DNA of 64,000 bases from a bacterium (lineage in GTDB: Bacteria; Bdellovibrionota_C; UBA2361; CALJRW01), in contig JANNBC010000052.1 of assembly GCA_031385045.1 (NCBI GenBank), positions 32,001-96,000 on the forward strand, in the 5' to 3' direction. A program made the translations under genes and the position numbers. Each line of letters starts with the position of its first letter. Positions within the stretch are counted from its first letter, which is position 1. Below, in pieces: positions 1 to 10,242 of this stretch. Under the pieces are notes generated by a model. That model was not told where the DNA came from, ran no database searches, and saw nothing but the letters and a program-made list of their open reading frames with translations.

Positions 1-183
1 CAAACATTTTGGTTGTTACGCTATACTGGAGAAGATACTCAAATTGATCTAAACCGCTATCACCCTGAGTTTCAGAACTGGAGATGGTGTGCTGTATCGG
101 AATTATTAGAGATTGCTGAAAATATCCGCGTTGAAGGATACAGCAAAGCTTTACCTGAAATAATTAACTATCTCAATGAATAA
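1..183 (+). CDS. rppH: RNA pyrophosphohydrolase (Nudix), 3' end only
   Basis: Frame 1 reads QTFWLLRYTGEDTQIDLNRYHPEFQNWRW...YLNE*, matching the RppH C-terminal pattern (Q-x-[WF]-[FW]-LLR...IDL...HPEF..WRW). Not in the ORF track because it is cut by the window edge. Confidence 0.75.
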   Translation, partial: QTFWLLRYTGEDTQIDLNRYHPEFQNWRWCAVSELLEIAENIRVEGYSKALPEIINYLNE

Positions 184-1909
184 AGGGGCTGATCTAATTT
201 TTCATAAGAGAATCAAGCTCCTTCCACAAAACTTAGAAGTAGCGGAAGAAATTCAAAAGCTTTATGGCGTCTCTCCTGTAATTGCTAAAATTCTAGCAGC
301 TCGTGGCTATCGCTGTGATCAGGTATTAACAGATTATTTAAATCCAACACTCCAAAACAGCCTACCTAATCCAGAATTAATTAAGAATATTAATCAAGCA
401 GGAGAACTAATCTGTGAGGTAATTAAACAAAATCAAAGCATTGCGATCTGCTGTGATTTTGATGTAGACGGCCTAACTGGTGCGTCACAAGTCAAGTCTT
501 TTCTGGATCAACTAAATGTCACCTCGGAAGTCTATGTTCCCGATCGCTTTAAGGAAGGCTATGGATTAAATCAAAAGATGATTCAAGATGCCAAGGCTAG
601 TGGACACTCATTAATTATTTGTATTGATTACGGTACAAGCAATATCCAAGAACTAGAGCTTGCTAGATCTCTTGGTTTAAAAACAATTGTTGTTGATCAC
701 CACCATGCCAGTCAGAATCCCCCGGCTGATGTCTTTGTAAATCCAGAACAAGTAGGCTGTGGTTTTGCAGGGAAAATATTATGCTCCGCCGGACTCTGTT
801 GGTATCTACTAATTATTCTTAAAAAACTACTATTACCTATTATTAGGCCTAATGTACAAGAAATCGATCTCCGAGAATATTTAGATTTAGCCAGCCTAGG
901 TACAATTTGTGACATGGTTCCCTTAACTGGTGTTAATCGTTTAATTGCTCAAAAAGGCCTAGAGCAATTGAGCAATTCTAAGCGCGTTGGCATTCAAGCT
1001 TTAAAAAAAGTTATCGGCATTAAAGGACCAGTTCAAGGACATCATGTTGGCTTTGGTTTTGGTCCAAGAATTAATGCTGCGGGAAGAATGATGAGTGGAC
1101 AAATGATCATCAAACTTTTAACTACAACACAAGAAGCAGAAGCTCAAAAAATTGCCACAAGACTTGATAAATTAAACCAAGATCGACAAACAGTTGAAGC
1201 CAAGATCAAGGAACAAGCTAAGCAACTAATTAATCGAAACGAAGCTATTCCCTTTGGCCTAACTGTCTGGGGCGATAACTACCATACAGGAGTAATTGGA
1301 ATTGTTGCCCAAAGATTATCAGAATCATTCTACCGACCGGCAATTGTCATGGGTAAAGATCAAGGAATATTCAAAGGTTCAGTACGTGGGATTCCAGGCT
1401 TTAGCGTTATTGGAGCACTAACTGAACTTAGCTCTTTTTTTAATAAATTTGGTGGTCATACGGGTGCGGGCGGATTTGCATTAAAAGAAAACAATCCAGA
1501 AGAATTGTCTACTGCCTTTAATGAAATCTGTAAAAAATTATTAGAAAATGTGGAATTAATTCCCAGTGTCAAAGCAGATGCACTTGTGAAATTTGACGAA
1601 CTCGATTTAAAGCTTTGCGAAGAATTAAAATCTCTTGCTCCTTTTGGGATGGCTAATCCTGGAGCTCAGTTAATGCTTAAAAATATCCGTGTACGTGATG
1701 TCACGCTACTTAAGAATAATCATTTAAAAATAAGTTTTACCGATGGTAAAAAATATTTAACAGGATTTCTCTGGCAAACAGCTAGACATCCGGCCCTCTT
1801 TCCAGGAGCTGAGGTTGACCTAGTCTGCAAACCAGAAGTAAATGAATTTAATGGTAATTTGTCGGTACAACTAAACATTCAAGCCTGCCAGCCAAGCGTA
1901 AATAGTTAG
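176..1909 (+). CDS. recJ: Single-stranded-DNA-specific exonuclease RecJ
   Basis: DHH family motifs DFDVDG, IVVDHH, GTICDMVPL, GPRINAAGR, GGHTGAGG and APFGMANP. Confidence 0.96.
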   Translation: MNKGADLIFHKRIKLLPQNLEVAEEIQKLYGVSPVIAKILAARGYRCDQVLTDYLNPTLQNSLPNPELIKNINQAGELICEVIKQNQSIAICCDFDVDGLTGASQVKSFLDQLNVTSEVYVPDRFKEGYGLNQKMIQDAKASGHSLIICIDYGTSNIQELELARSLGLKTIVVDHHHASQNPPADVFVNPEQVGCGFAGKILCSAGLCWYLLIILKKLLLPIIRPNVQEIDLREYLDLASLGTICDMVPLTGVNRLIAQKGLEQLSNSKRVGIQALKKVIGIKGPVQGHHVGFGFGPRINAAGRMMSGQMIIKLLTTTQEAEAQKIATRLDKLNQDRQTVEAKIKEQAKQLINRNEAIPFGLTVWGDNYHTGVIGIVAQRLSESFYRPAIVMGKDQGIFKGSVRGIPGFSVIGALTELSSFFNKFGGHTGAGGFALKENNPEELSTAFNEICKKLLENVELIPSVKADALVKFDELDLKLCEELKSLAPFGMANPGAQLMLKNIRVRDVTLLKNNHLKISFTDGKKYLTGFLWQTARHPALFPGAEVDLVCKPEVNEFNGNLSVQLNIQACQPSVNS

Positions 1910-1924
1910 CAAAGGCTGAAAAAA

Positions 1925-2277
1925 TATACTACGCCCCCAATCAACTAAAAATGCGATCCTTGTCCTCCATAGCTTTAGCGAAGGTGGACGCATTTTCCCT
2001 AGCAGTTCAGTAAAACCTACTGGGTTTTAGTTATACTAGGCGACATTAGAAATTACTGTTCAAAATTAGTCGCCTAGTATATCAAGCGCTAAGCGCTTGA
2101 AGCGACCCAAGGGGGTCGCTCAGGCTAAAATGCTTATCTAATAAGCATTTTAGCTGAGGAAAACAAATATACTAAAACCCGAAGGAACTGAAAATGCGAT
2201 CCTTGTCCTCCATAGCTTTAGCGAAGGTGGACGCATTTTTCCTAGCAGTTCAGTAAAACCTACTGGGTTTTAGTATA
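1925..2277. repeat. Mosaic of palindromic MITE/REP-like modules (A1 1925-2031, B 2032-2081, C 2082-2167, A2 2168-2277)
   Basis: An ~85-bp direct repeat (about 1947-2031 and 2191-2274). The stretch 2032-2173 is the near-identical reverse complement of about 40865-41007. Modules are bounded by TATACT...AGTATA. Confidence 0.9.
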
Positions 2278-2419
2278 TTACTGCTAGCCATCAATTTAAA
2301 TTTGCAAAATCAACAAAAAAATGAAAAAGCATCCTGATAAAGAATGATAGTTCTAATAATTTGATTTTATTAGTGTAAAATAATTCTTTACTTACGTTAT
2401 ATGCTATCTTCCTTAGTCG

Positions 2420-4018
2420 GTGTCTACAAGAGCACCTGAGTTAATTGCTATGCAAAATAAAAAACCGACATTAACCTTATCAACCTCACAGAACTCACCT
2501 GTTGACTATTTCCAAACCTTTGAGTTTTTAGAAAATGTTATTAACACCAGTCCTAACTTAGTTTTTGTAAAAGATATTAATGGTCGATTTACCTTAGCCA
2601 ATCAGGCGGTCGCTGAAATTTATGGTACCTCGATTGAAAATTTAGTTGGCAAGCGCGATGCGGACTTTAATACAGATCTAGAAGAAGTCGATTGGTATTG
2701 TCATGACGATCAAGAAGTCATCCTCGAAAAGAAAACTATTTTCATACCGGAAGAAAAAGTGACATCTCCTGACGGAACTGTACGTTGGTTTGAAACGACC
2801 AAGAAGCCAATCTTAACACGGAACGGAGAATACCAGGTCTTAGGAGTTGCCACGGACATTACAGAGCGAAAAAAACTTTTTGAACAATTACTGCAAGCAC
2901 AAAAAATGCAAAGCCTAGGACGCTTAGCCGGTGGCATTGCTCATGACTTTAATAACCTACTAACTGTAATCTTAGGTCATGTCTCACTTTTAGAAGAAAG
3001 TGAATATCAACCACTTTTAATACCAAAATCTGTCGAAGGAATTAAAAATACTACTCTGCGAGCCGCTGATTTAGTTAAAAAGATTTTAGGATTTGCTAGG
3101 GAGGGTAAGCACTTAAATATTGACATTGATTTACATGAAATTGCCATAGATACGATCTCAATGCTTTCCCGAACAATTGAGGAAAATATTAAAATATCTA
3201 ATGACCTAAAAGCAACCAATTCTTTTGTTAAAGGCGACCCCGTTCAAATGCAACAAGTTTTAATGAACTTAATTATTAATGCCCGGGATGCTATGACTAC
3301 CGAAAAGTCTGGAACGAATGGAGGATCTTTGGTTATTTCTTCAGAAGATGTTGTTTATAACTCGAAGCCAGGAATTAAAATATCTGTTAAAGATACTGGG
3401 TGCGGAATGGATGAAACAACTAAATCAAGAATTTTTGATCCCTTTTTTACTACTAAGGCTCCTGGACATGGACTAGGCTTAGGACTCTCAATGGTTTACG
3501 GAATTATTGATAACCATCAAGGAAGTCTTAACGTCGAAAGTCAAGTTGGAACAGGTACAAACTTTGAACTTTGCTTTCAAACCACTGATATTGATCAAAA
3601 ATATTGTATCCAAGAGCTAGAATCAGAATTAAAAGATCAAAAATCATTACAAGTATTACTAGTAGATGATAATATTTACGTACTTAAAACAATTGCTGAG
3701 AATCTAAAATCTTTAAATCACCAAGTTTCAACCACCAGTATTCCAGAAGAAGCACTCAACTATCTAGCAAATAAAGTATATGCTATTGATTTATTGATTC
3801 TTGATATTGTAATGCCCAATTTAAATACTGCAGAATTTATTAAATCAGCCAAGCAGCTTGATCCAAACTTACAAATAATCTTATCTACTGGCTACGATCT
3901 CAATAGCAAAGTTAAAGAATACCAAGACCTAGGAATCAAGCACTTTCTACAAAAACCTTATGACCGAAAATGTTTAAGTCAAACTGTTAGACAAGCGATG
4001 TCTTCAAATTTGAAATAA
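2420..4018 (+). CDS. PAS-domain hybrid sensor histidine kinase/response regulator (CckA-like); start may be ATG 2450
   Basis: PAS/PAC domain ending DITERK, H-box GIAHDFNNLL, NLIINARDA, DTGCGM, FDPFFTTK, GLGLGLS, and a C-terminal receiver (VDDN, LDIVMP, QKP). Confidence 0.92.
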   Translation: MSTRAPELIAMQNKKPTLTLSTSQNSPVDYFQTFEFLENVINTSPNLVFVKDINGRFTLANQAVAEIYGTSIENLVGKRDADFNTDLEEVDWYCHDDQEVILEKKTIFIPEEKVTSPDGTVRWFETTKKPILTRNGEYQVLGVATDITERKKLFEQLLQAQKMQSLGRLAGGIAHDFNNLLTVILGHVSLLEESEYQPLLIPKSVEGIKNTTLRAADLVKKILGFAREGKHLNIDIDLHEIAIDTISMLSRTIEENIKISNDLKATNSFVKGDPVQMQQVLMNLIINARDAMTTEKSGTNGGSLVISSEDVVYNSKPGIKISVKDTGCGMDETTKSRIFDPFFTTKAPGHGLGLGLSMVYGIIDNHQGSLNVESQVGTGTNFELCFQTTDIDQKYCIQELESELKDQKSLQVLLVDDNIYVLKTIAENLKSLNHQVSTTSIPEEALNYLANKVYAIDLLILDIVMPNLNTAEFIKSAKQLDPNLQIILSTGYDLNSKVKEYQDLGIKHFLQKPYDRKCLSQTVRQAMSSNLK

Positions 4019-4214
4019 AGAAAAGTTTCTTAGTCAACTCTAAAAGTATTAAACCAAAATTAATTTTTTCACTTTAGAAATTAAATAATCTAACCAAGAC
4101 TTTCTTAGGATTTTAAATCTCGCTATACTTAAAATGAGATCTTTAAGCTCGCTAATCCTAAAAATAGGTATCCGTCTGATCTTTTTGGAAATTTTCTATA
4201 TAAAGTAAAATATC

Positions 4215-4781
4215 ATGTCCACAAAAAATAGTTCTAATGCCTTGCAAGTTACCCAGAAGTTGGAAATAGATCGAAACGAACATAAACTAGTAGCTCTAAA
4301 AGAATTAAACTTAGTCTTAAAAGCGAACCCAGAATCCTTCATTGCCTATAAACTAAGAGGAACTATCAACCTAGAATTAGGATTAAAAAAAGAAGCGCTG
4401 GCAGATCTAACCCTAGCAACACAATTAAATATGGAAGATGATTCCGCTTTTAATTTACTAGGAATCTCACTACTGGCTTTGGGACAAAAAATGGAAGCTT
4501 TAGAAAGTTTTTCACGCTCGATAGAATTAAACCCCAAGAACCAACAAGCTTTTTTTAATCGTGGTCGTGCTCGCTACTCTCTTGAGATGAAACAAGAAGC
4601 AATTGCTGATTTTAAACAAGCAATTATTTTAGATACTGCTGATAACAAAAATAAATCCAATAAAACTTCTCAAAACTCGGGTATCTTCTATCAAATGGGA
4701 TTAGTTAAAAAAGCTTTGGTTGATTTACAAGAGACTGATCGCAAGAACTTAGAACATAGGAAAATGGTTCTAACTAAGTAA
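4215..4781 (+). CDS. Tetratricopeptide repeat protein
   Basis: Repeated TPR patterns AYKLRG..., AFNLLG...ALESFSRSIELNP and AFFNRG...AIADFKQAI. Confidence 0.85.
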   Translation: MSTKNSSNALQVTQKLEIDRNEHKLVALKELNLVLKANPESFIAYKLRGTINLELGLKKEALADLTLATQLNMEDDSAFNLLGISLLALGQKMEALESFSRSIELNPKNQQAFFNRGRARYSLEMKQEAIADFKQAIILDTADNKNKSNKTSQNSGIFYQMGLVKKALVDLQETDRKNLEHRKMVLTK

Positions 4782-5805
4782 ACTCAGGCTTAATCGGCCT
4801 CATTAGTAAAGCCTCAATCACTCCTTGTCGGTCAAGCTCACCCGACAGGAGTCGATTAACAGTAGAAGTAATTGGTAGTTGTAGTCCATGTTGAATAGCA
4901 AGCTCTTCAATTAAACTACTAGCAAGAACACCCTCGGCGGTTGATCCAACAAGCACTAATGTCTCCTCAATGCTACGCCCTTGTCCAAGATGCAAACCAA
5001 CTTGACGATTGCGACTATTGTCAGAATTTGCAGTTAAGACTAAATCACCTAAACCAGAAAGACCCGCAAGGGTTTGCGGATGCGCCTTTAATGCCTTAGC
5101 AAGACGCATCATTTCAGCGAGGCCTCTTGTAATCAAGCCAGCCTTAGCTGAATCGCCTAATCCAAGACCATCAGAGATACCAGCAGCGATTGCAATAATA
5201 TTTTTAACAACTCCTCCAAGCTCAACACCAACAACATCAGAAGTTGTATAAATTCTTAAATTGGGACCAGAGAAAAGTTTTGCTAAATCTGTTGCCATTT
5301 CTTCTTGCTCGCAAGCAATCACCAGACTTGCTGGATTCTGAGCAGCAATATCCTTAGCAAAGCCAGGACCAGAAATCACCGCATAGCCTTTTAGGTTAGG
5401 CAATAACTTTTTAGCTAAATCAACAGGAAACTGTTTCGATGTAGGATCGATACCTTTAGTAGCGCTTACAAAAATAGCATCCGACTTAAGTTCTAACTTA
5501 ACAAAAACTTCACTAAGTGCCTTTGCAGGTAAAACGGACACCAAGATATCGGCATCCTTTAAATCTGCTAACTTTGAAGTTGCTATTAAATTTTCAGGTA
5601 AATGGATGTCTGATAAAAGATCCGGATGGTAATGGTGAAAGTTAATAAACTTAACAATCTCTTCATTTCTAGACCAAGCAGTAATAGCATACTTCTTAGA
5701 TGCTAAGTGATGAGCTAGGGCTGTACCCCAATGCCCTAAGCCCAAAACTGCTATTTTATAGTTAGAATTACTCAAGTTCAGGTTCGTTTGTTTCAACAGT
5801 CTCAA
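4774..5805 (-). CDS. gpsA: NAD(P)H-dependent glycerol-3-phosphate dehydrogenase
   Basis: GLGHWGTALA, ATKGI, SGPGFA, GVELGGVVKNIIAIAAG, GLGDLVLTA and SRNR motifs. Confidence 0.96.
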   Translation of the reverse strand: MRLLKQTNLNLSNSNYKIAVLGLGHWGTALAHHLASKKYAITAWSRNEEIVKFINFHHYHPDLLSDIHLPENLIATSKLADLKDADILVSVLPAKALSEVFVKLELKSDAIFVSATKGIDPTSKQFPVDLAKKLLPNLKGYAVISGPGFAKDIAAQNPASLVIACEQEEMATDLAKLFSGPNLRIYTTSDVVGVELGGVVKNIIAIAAGISDGLGLGDSAKAGLITRGLAEMMRLAKALKAHPQTLAGLSGLGDLVLTANSDNSRNRQVGLHLGQGRSIEETLVLVGSTAEGVLASSLIEELAIQHGLQLPITSTVNRLLSGELDRQGVIEALLMRPIKPEFT

Positions 5806-8269
5806 TTACTTCGGTACTCTCAGCCATGCTTGCTAAGGCTAATACTTTTTCATCCTGATCCAAGCTAACCATTCGAACACCTTTAGTGTTACGCCCAACT
5901 ACAGAAATACCAGCAACTTTCATCCGAATCACTTTTCCACCAGAAGTCATCAACATCACCTCACTGTCATCTCCAACGATTGCGATCCCAACAACTGAAC
6001 CATTCCGTTCATCGGTCTGAATATCAATCACACCCTTACCACCACGGCCCTGTTGGCGATATTCAGAAAGTAATGTTCGTTTACCATAACCATTCTCGCA
6101 AACAGTCAGTAACGTATTACACTTAGATTCTTCATCACCTAAAGCTAGGACTTTTAGACCGACTAAGCGATCGGCTTCTGAAATTTTTAAACCTCGAACT
6201 CCGCGAGCAGTACGACCCATGTCTCGAACATCATCTGAGTTAAAACGAATAGCTTTTCCACTGGCGGCAGACATTAAGATATCATCACCATTCTTAGAAA
6301 GCTCTACGCCAACTAATTTCTCATTCTCTTTTAACGTACAAGCTACAATTCCACCCTTACGCGGATTGCTAAAAGCAGATAATTCAATTCGCTTAATAAC
6401 ACCCTGATCTGTTGCCATCACAACGTACTGATTATCAGAAAAAACTTTTACTGGAAGAACTGCGGTAATTTGCTCTTCATTATCTTTCAAATCTAAAAGA
6501 TTAATTAAATTGCGCCCCTTAGCTGTTCGTCCTGCTTCCGGAACCTCATAGACCTTTAACCAATAAAGTCGACCACCGGAAGTGAAAATCAACATATAGT
6601 TATGAGTTTCAGCAACAAAGAAATGCTCAATGAAATCGTCATCATCACCACTAGATGCGCCAGTAACACCCTTACCACCACGTTTTTGTGCTCGGTAGTT
6701 ATCTAAGTTTGTTCGCTTCACATAACCTTTGTTACTAACTGTCACGGCCATTTCTACATTTTCGATCAAATCTTCTAAAACAAAATCATCCCCGACAGCT
6801 TCTTCAATAACAGTGCGACGAGGCTCTCCATATTTATTCTTAGCTTCTGTCAGTTCTGCAACAATGATGCCATCAATCTGTTTAGGATCACCTAAGATCG
6901 ACTGCAATCTTTCAATCTCTTTAACTAAAGCAGCATGCTCATTCTCAATGGCAAGTCTTTCTAGGCCAGTTAATTTTTGTAATCTTAAATCTAGGATTGC
7001 TTGGGCTTGTATAACTGATAACTGATACTTAGCAATTAAGTTTTCTCTAGCTTCAGCTGGTGACTCTGATTTTTTAATCAAGTCAATTACTTGATCTAGA
7101 TTAGCAAGAGCAATGATAAACCCTTCTAAAACGTGTAAGCGCTTTTCCGCGTTATTAAGTTGGAATTGTGTTCGGCGAGCAATTACAGAGCGACGATGAT
7201 CGACAAAATAACTAATCATCTGTCTTAAGGTACAAACTACCGGACGTCCATCAACAATTGCCAAGTTAATAACTCCGAAGCTGCTGCGAAGCGGGGTAAG
7301 CTTAAGTAACTGATTAAGCACTACTTCGGAAGTCGCATCACGCTTTAATTCGATTACAATTCTTAATCCTTCGCGATCCGATTCATCACGTAGATTACTA
7401 ATTCCTTCAATTTTTTTGTCATTAACCAACTCGGCGATTTTCTCAATCAGACGCTTCTTATTAACTTGATAAGGAATCTCTGTCGCAATAATTGCTTCTA
7501 CTTCGCGACTTTTGCGTTTTAAAGTTTCGAAGTGAGTTTTCGCAGAAACTCTTAGAATTCCTCGACCTGTCCGGTAAGCAGACATAATCTGACCTGTTCC
7601 AGAAATAATTCCACCAGTTGGAAAGTCAGGACCAGGGATATGATTAACTAATTCCTCAAAGGTAATTTCAGGATTTTCAATCAAGCCGATTGTAGCATTA
7701 ATGACTTCTACTAAGTTATGAGGAGGAATGTGTGTTGCCATACCAACAGCAATACCATCCGCACCATTAACTAAAAGATTTGGCCAAATAGCAGGAAGTA
7801 CGGTTGGCTCTTCAGTGCTATCATCAAAGTTTGGAATAAAATCAACTGTCTTCTGTTCAATATCTGTTAATAAAGATTCTCCAAGCGGGGATAGGCGACA
7901 CTCTGTATAACGATATGCCGCAGGAGAATCACCATCGATCGATCCAAAATTTCCTTGCCCATCAATTAATGGCATCCGTTTTGACCACGGCTGAACTAGA
8001 TGGACTAGCGCGTCATAAACAGAACTATCACCATGAGGGTGAAGTTTCTTTAGAACCTCACCAACTACCCCGGCACATTTGGATGTTTTTCGAGTACTGA
8101 TTAAGCCTTCGGAATGCATAGCATAAAGAACACGACGTTGTACTGGCTTTAAACCATCTCGAACATCAGGAAGCGCTCGACCAATAATTACACTCATCGC
8201 ATAGTCCATATAGGACTGCTTCATTTCTTGACCGATATTGATAATACTAATGTTATTTTGTTCTTCCAT
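5768..8269 (-). CDS. gyrA: DNA gyrase subunit A
   Basis: [22 protein letters not shown], catalytic AAYRYTE and GyrA-box QKRGGKG. Confidence 0.98.
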   Translation of the reverse strand: MEEQNNISIINIGQEMKQSYMDYAMSVIIGRALPDVRDGLKPVQRRVLYAMHSEGLISTRKTSKCAGVVGEVLKKLHPHGDSSVYDALVHLVQPWSKRMPLIDGQGNFGSIDGDSPAAYRYTECRLSPLGESLLTDIEQKTVDFIPNFDDSTEEPTVLPAIWPNLLVNGADGIAVGMATHIPPHNLVEVINATIGLIENPEITFEELVNHIPGPDFPTGGIISGTGQIMSAYRTGRGILRVSAKTHFETLKRKSREVEAIIATEIPYQVNKKRLIEKIAELVNDKKIEGISNLRDESDREGLRIVIELKRDATSEVVLNQLLKLTPLRSSFGVINLAIVDGRPVVCTLRQMISYFVDHRRSVIARRTQFQLNNAEKRLHVLEGFIIALANLDQVIDLIKKSESPAEARENLIAKYQLSVIQAQAILDLRLQKLTGLERLAIENEHAALVKEIERLQSILGDPKQIDGIIVAELTEAKNKYGEPRRTVIEEAVGDDFVLEDLIENVEMAVTVSNKGYVKRTNLDNYRAQKRGGKGVTGASSGDDDDFIEHFFVAETHNYMLIFTSGGRLYWLKVYEVPEAGRTAKGRNLINLLDLKDNEEQITAVLPVKVFSDNQYVVMATDQGVIKRIELSAFSNPRKGGIVACTLKENEKLVGVELSKNGDDILMSAASGKAIRFNSDDVRDMGRTARGVRGLKISEADRLVGLKVLALGDEESKCNTLLTVCENGYGKRTLLSEYRQQGRGGKGVIDIQTDERNGSVVGIAIVGDDSEVMLMTSGGKVIRMKVAGISVVGRNTKGVRMVSLDQDEKVLALASMAESTEVIETVETNEPELE

Positions 8270-8502
8270 AGGCTAGATAAATTAACCTAAAAATCCTGAA
8301 TTAGCAAAGTTTTTTCTTCTATTTTAAAAGCTAAAAGTCGATCAAAAACCAGGCAAAGTCTCTTACTTAACTGGTCAATTTTTTTTAAAGATCGTGAGGT
8401 TTTTAATGGATAGAAATCTTCCCTTGGATACATCTCAAAACTCCCCGCAAAGTTGATTAACCAAATAATCAATGTATGTTAATTTTAAAAGGAATCATAA
8501 AA

Positions 8503-8826
8503 ATGAAAACTCTAAGTTTTGAAATAACTAGCGACCGTGGACTACACATGAGACCGACACAGGTGTTAGTTGAAGCGACGCAAGGCATTAAAGCTGGCAA
8601 TCTCGAGATGCATACTACGACATTGCCCAATAGAGTTTTTTATCACAACTCCCAGGTTACATTATCAGTCATGGCGCTTATTGCAGCAGGAATCACCAAA
8701 GGCTCAACAATGATCGTTCAGATAGCAGATACTACTCCGGAACAAGAGGCAGTGATTGAAAGACAATTGAAGTCACTCAATATTTGGAGACAGAAAGCAT
8801 CAGAAGAAACATCTCTGAGCTTTTAA
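8503..8826 (+). CDS. HPr-family phosphocarrier protein (divergent)
   Basis: GLHMRP (His15 motif) and SVMALIAAGITKGS (Ser46-like motif). AAGGA RBS upstream of ATG 8503. Confidence 0.75.
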   Translation: MKTLSFEITSDRGLHMRPTQVLVEATQGIKAGNLEMHTTTLPNRVFYHNSQVTLSVMALIAAGITKGSTMIVQIADTTPEQEAVIERQLKSLNIWRQKASEETSLSF

Positions 8827-8858
8827 AAATTCAAGTTTGTTCTAATAATTTCTTAAAC

Positions 8859-10193
8859 CTAAAAATCAGCAACGATCTTCCGCAACGTTGCGCGATCGAT
8901 TCCTAAAATTTGAGCAGCTTTGCTTTGTGAATTACTATTTTGTAGCAAGGCCTCTTTTACCAACTGACCCTTATATTGTTGAACTTTTTCCTGAAAATTT
9001 AAGACGCATCTTGCAGAGCTTAAATAGCAAAAATTTAAATCGCCTGACAGGATTTCACTACGTCCCGCAAAGCGTGTAATCTGAATAGCATTCCGCAAAA
9101 CATTTTCCAGTTCTCGCACATTTCCTGGCCAATCATATCCCAACAACTTTACTATAGCCTTAGGGCAGATACTAAAATCAGATCCGATTAAACTTATGGC
9201 CAAATCTTCTATGTCCTCCTTGCGTTCGCGGAGTGGAATTAAATGAATTTGAAATCCAGCAATTCGATAGTATAAATCTGCCCTAAATTTCTTTTGCTCC
9301 AGTAAAGACTCCATCGACTGGTTGCTCGCAGAAATTAATCTAAAGTCAGAAACCTGCTCTTGATTAGCGCCAATTGCCCGATATTTTTTATTTTGCAAAA
9401 CACCCAAGAGTGAAACTTGAACTTCAAGAGGAAAAGCATCAACTTCATCTAAGAATAAAGTTCCCAAGTTTGCTTCTTGAAAAAGACCTACGCGGTTGAG
9501 ATTCGCTCCCGTAAAAGATCCTTTTTGATGACCAAATAGCTCACTAGCAACAATATCAGAGTTAGAAAAAATAGGTTGTAGTCGAACTAATTTATGCTCC
9601 GCCCGTTCACTAAATTGATGAATCAGCTCTGCACAAAATCCTTTACCCGTTCCAGTTTCTCCAGAAATTAAAACGGCTTGATTGCTTTTGCTCGCAAAAT
9701 TTAGGGCCTCGCCTAGCGACTTATTAAATCCACTGGGGCCAATAATCTTTTTTAATAATTTTGATTTTTTAGAATCGCTTGTTGCTTGATAAGCACGCTT
9801 TAATTTTGATTGGGCGATTCCATCACTTACTAGGGCTGCTAAATGATGATAAGAAACTGGCTTACTTAAAAAGCTGGCGGCCCCGGCACGAATTGCTCTA
9901 ATCCCAAATTCTTGATCATCATAACCAGTCATCACAATGACTCGCATTGTGGAATCAAGCTCTAAGCACTTCGATAACAACTGAAAACCACTTTGAACAC
10001 CAGCAACTGCACTCAAGCAGAGGTCTAAAACTATAACTTCTGGGGAACAAGAATAAATTATTTTAATTGCTTCTTCAGAATTATGAGCGCTTAAAATCTG
10101 AACTGCGGGTAGTGCTTGAGCTAATAATCTTTGCCCTAGAATTAAGGTTTGCGGATCGTCATCAATCAATAAGACATTTGAAAACATAGGCAA
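8859..10193 (-). CDS. Sigma-54-dependent response regulator (NtrC family)
   Basis: Receiver domain, GETGTGK, SELFGHQKGSFTGA, GTLFLDEV, FRADLYYR, WPGNVRELEN and a C-terminal Fis HTH. Confidence 0.93.
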   Translation of the reverse strand: MPMFSNVLLIDDDPQTLILGQRLLAQALPAVQILSAHNSEEAIKIIYSCSPEVIVLDLCLSAVAGVQSGFQLLSKCLELDSTMRVIVMTGYDDQEFGIRAIRAGAASFLSKPVSYHHLAALVSDGIAQSKLKRAYQATSDSKKSKLLKKIIGPSGFNKSLGEALNFASKSNQAVLISGETGTGKGFCAELIHQFSERAEHKLVRLQPIFSNSDIVASELFGHQKGSFTGANLNRVGLFQEANLGTLFLDEVDAFPLEVQVSLLGVLQNKKYRAIGANQEQVSDFRLISASNQSMESLLEQKKFRADLYYRIAGFQIHLIPLRERKEDIEDLAISLIGSDFSICPKAIVKLLGYDWPGNVRELENVLRNAIQITRFAGRSEILSGDLNFCYLSSARCVLNFQEKVQQYKGQLVKEALLQNSNSQSKAAQILGIDRATLRKIVADF

Positions 10194-10242
10194 TTATCTT
10201 TAGCCTATGAATATACGAAATATGTGTCAAAAAGTTTCCAGC

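Noticed and set aside
1925..2277. Repeat clusters (also 40687-41007) as CRISPR arrays
   Set aside because: Only two long repeats per cluster, the intervening segments are themselves palindromic repeat-family members rather than unique spacers, and there are no cas genes.
8287..8472. 61-aa ORF upstream of gyrA
   Set aside because: No motifs and it occupies the divergent promoter region; unsupported.
9505..9525. GSFTGA instead of GAFTGA in the sigma-54 activator as a sign of inactivity
   Set aside because: GSFTGA is a common variant that keeps the critical F and T.
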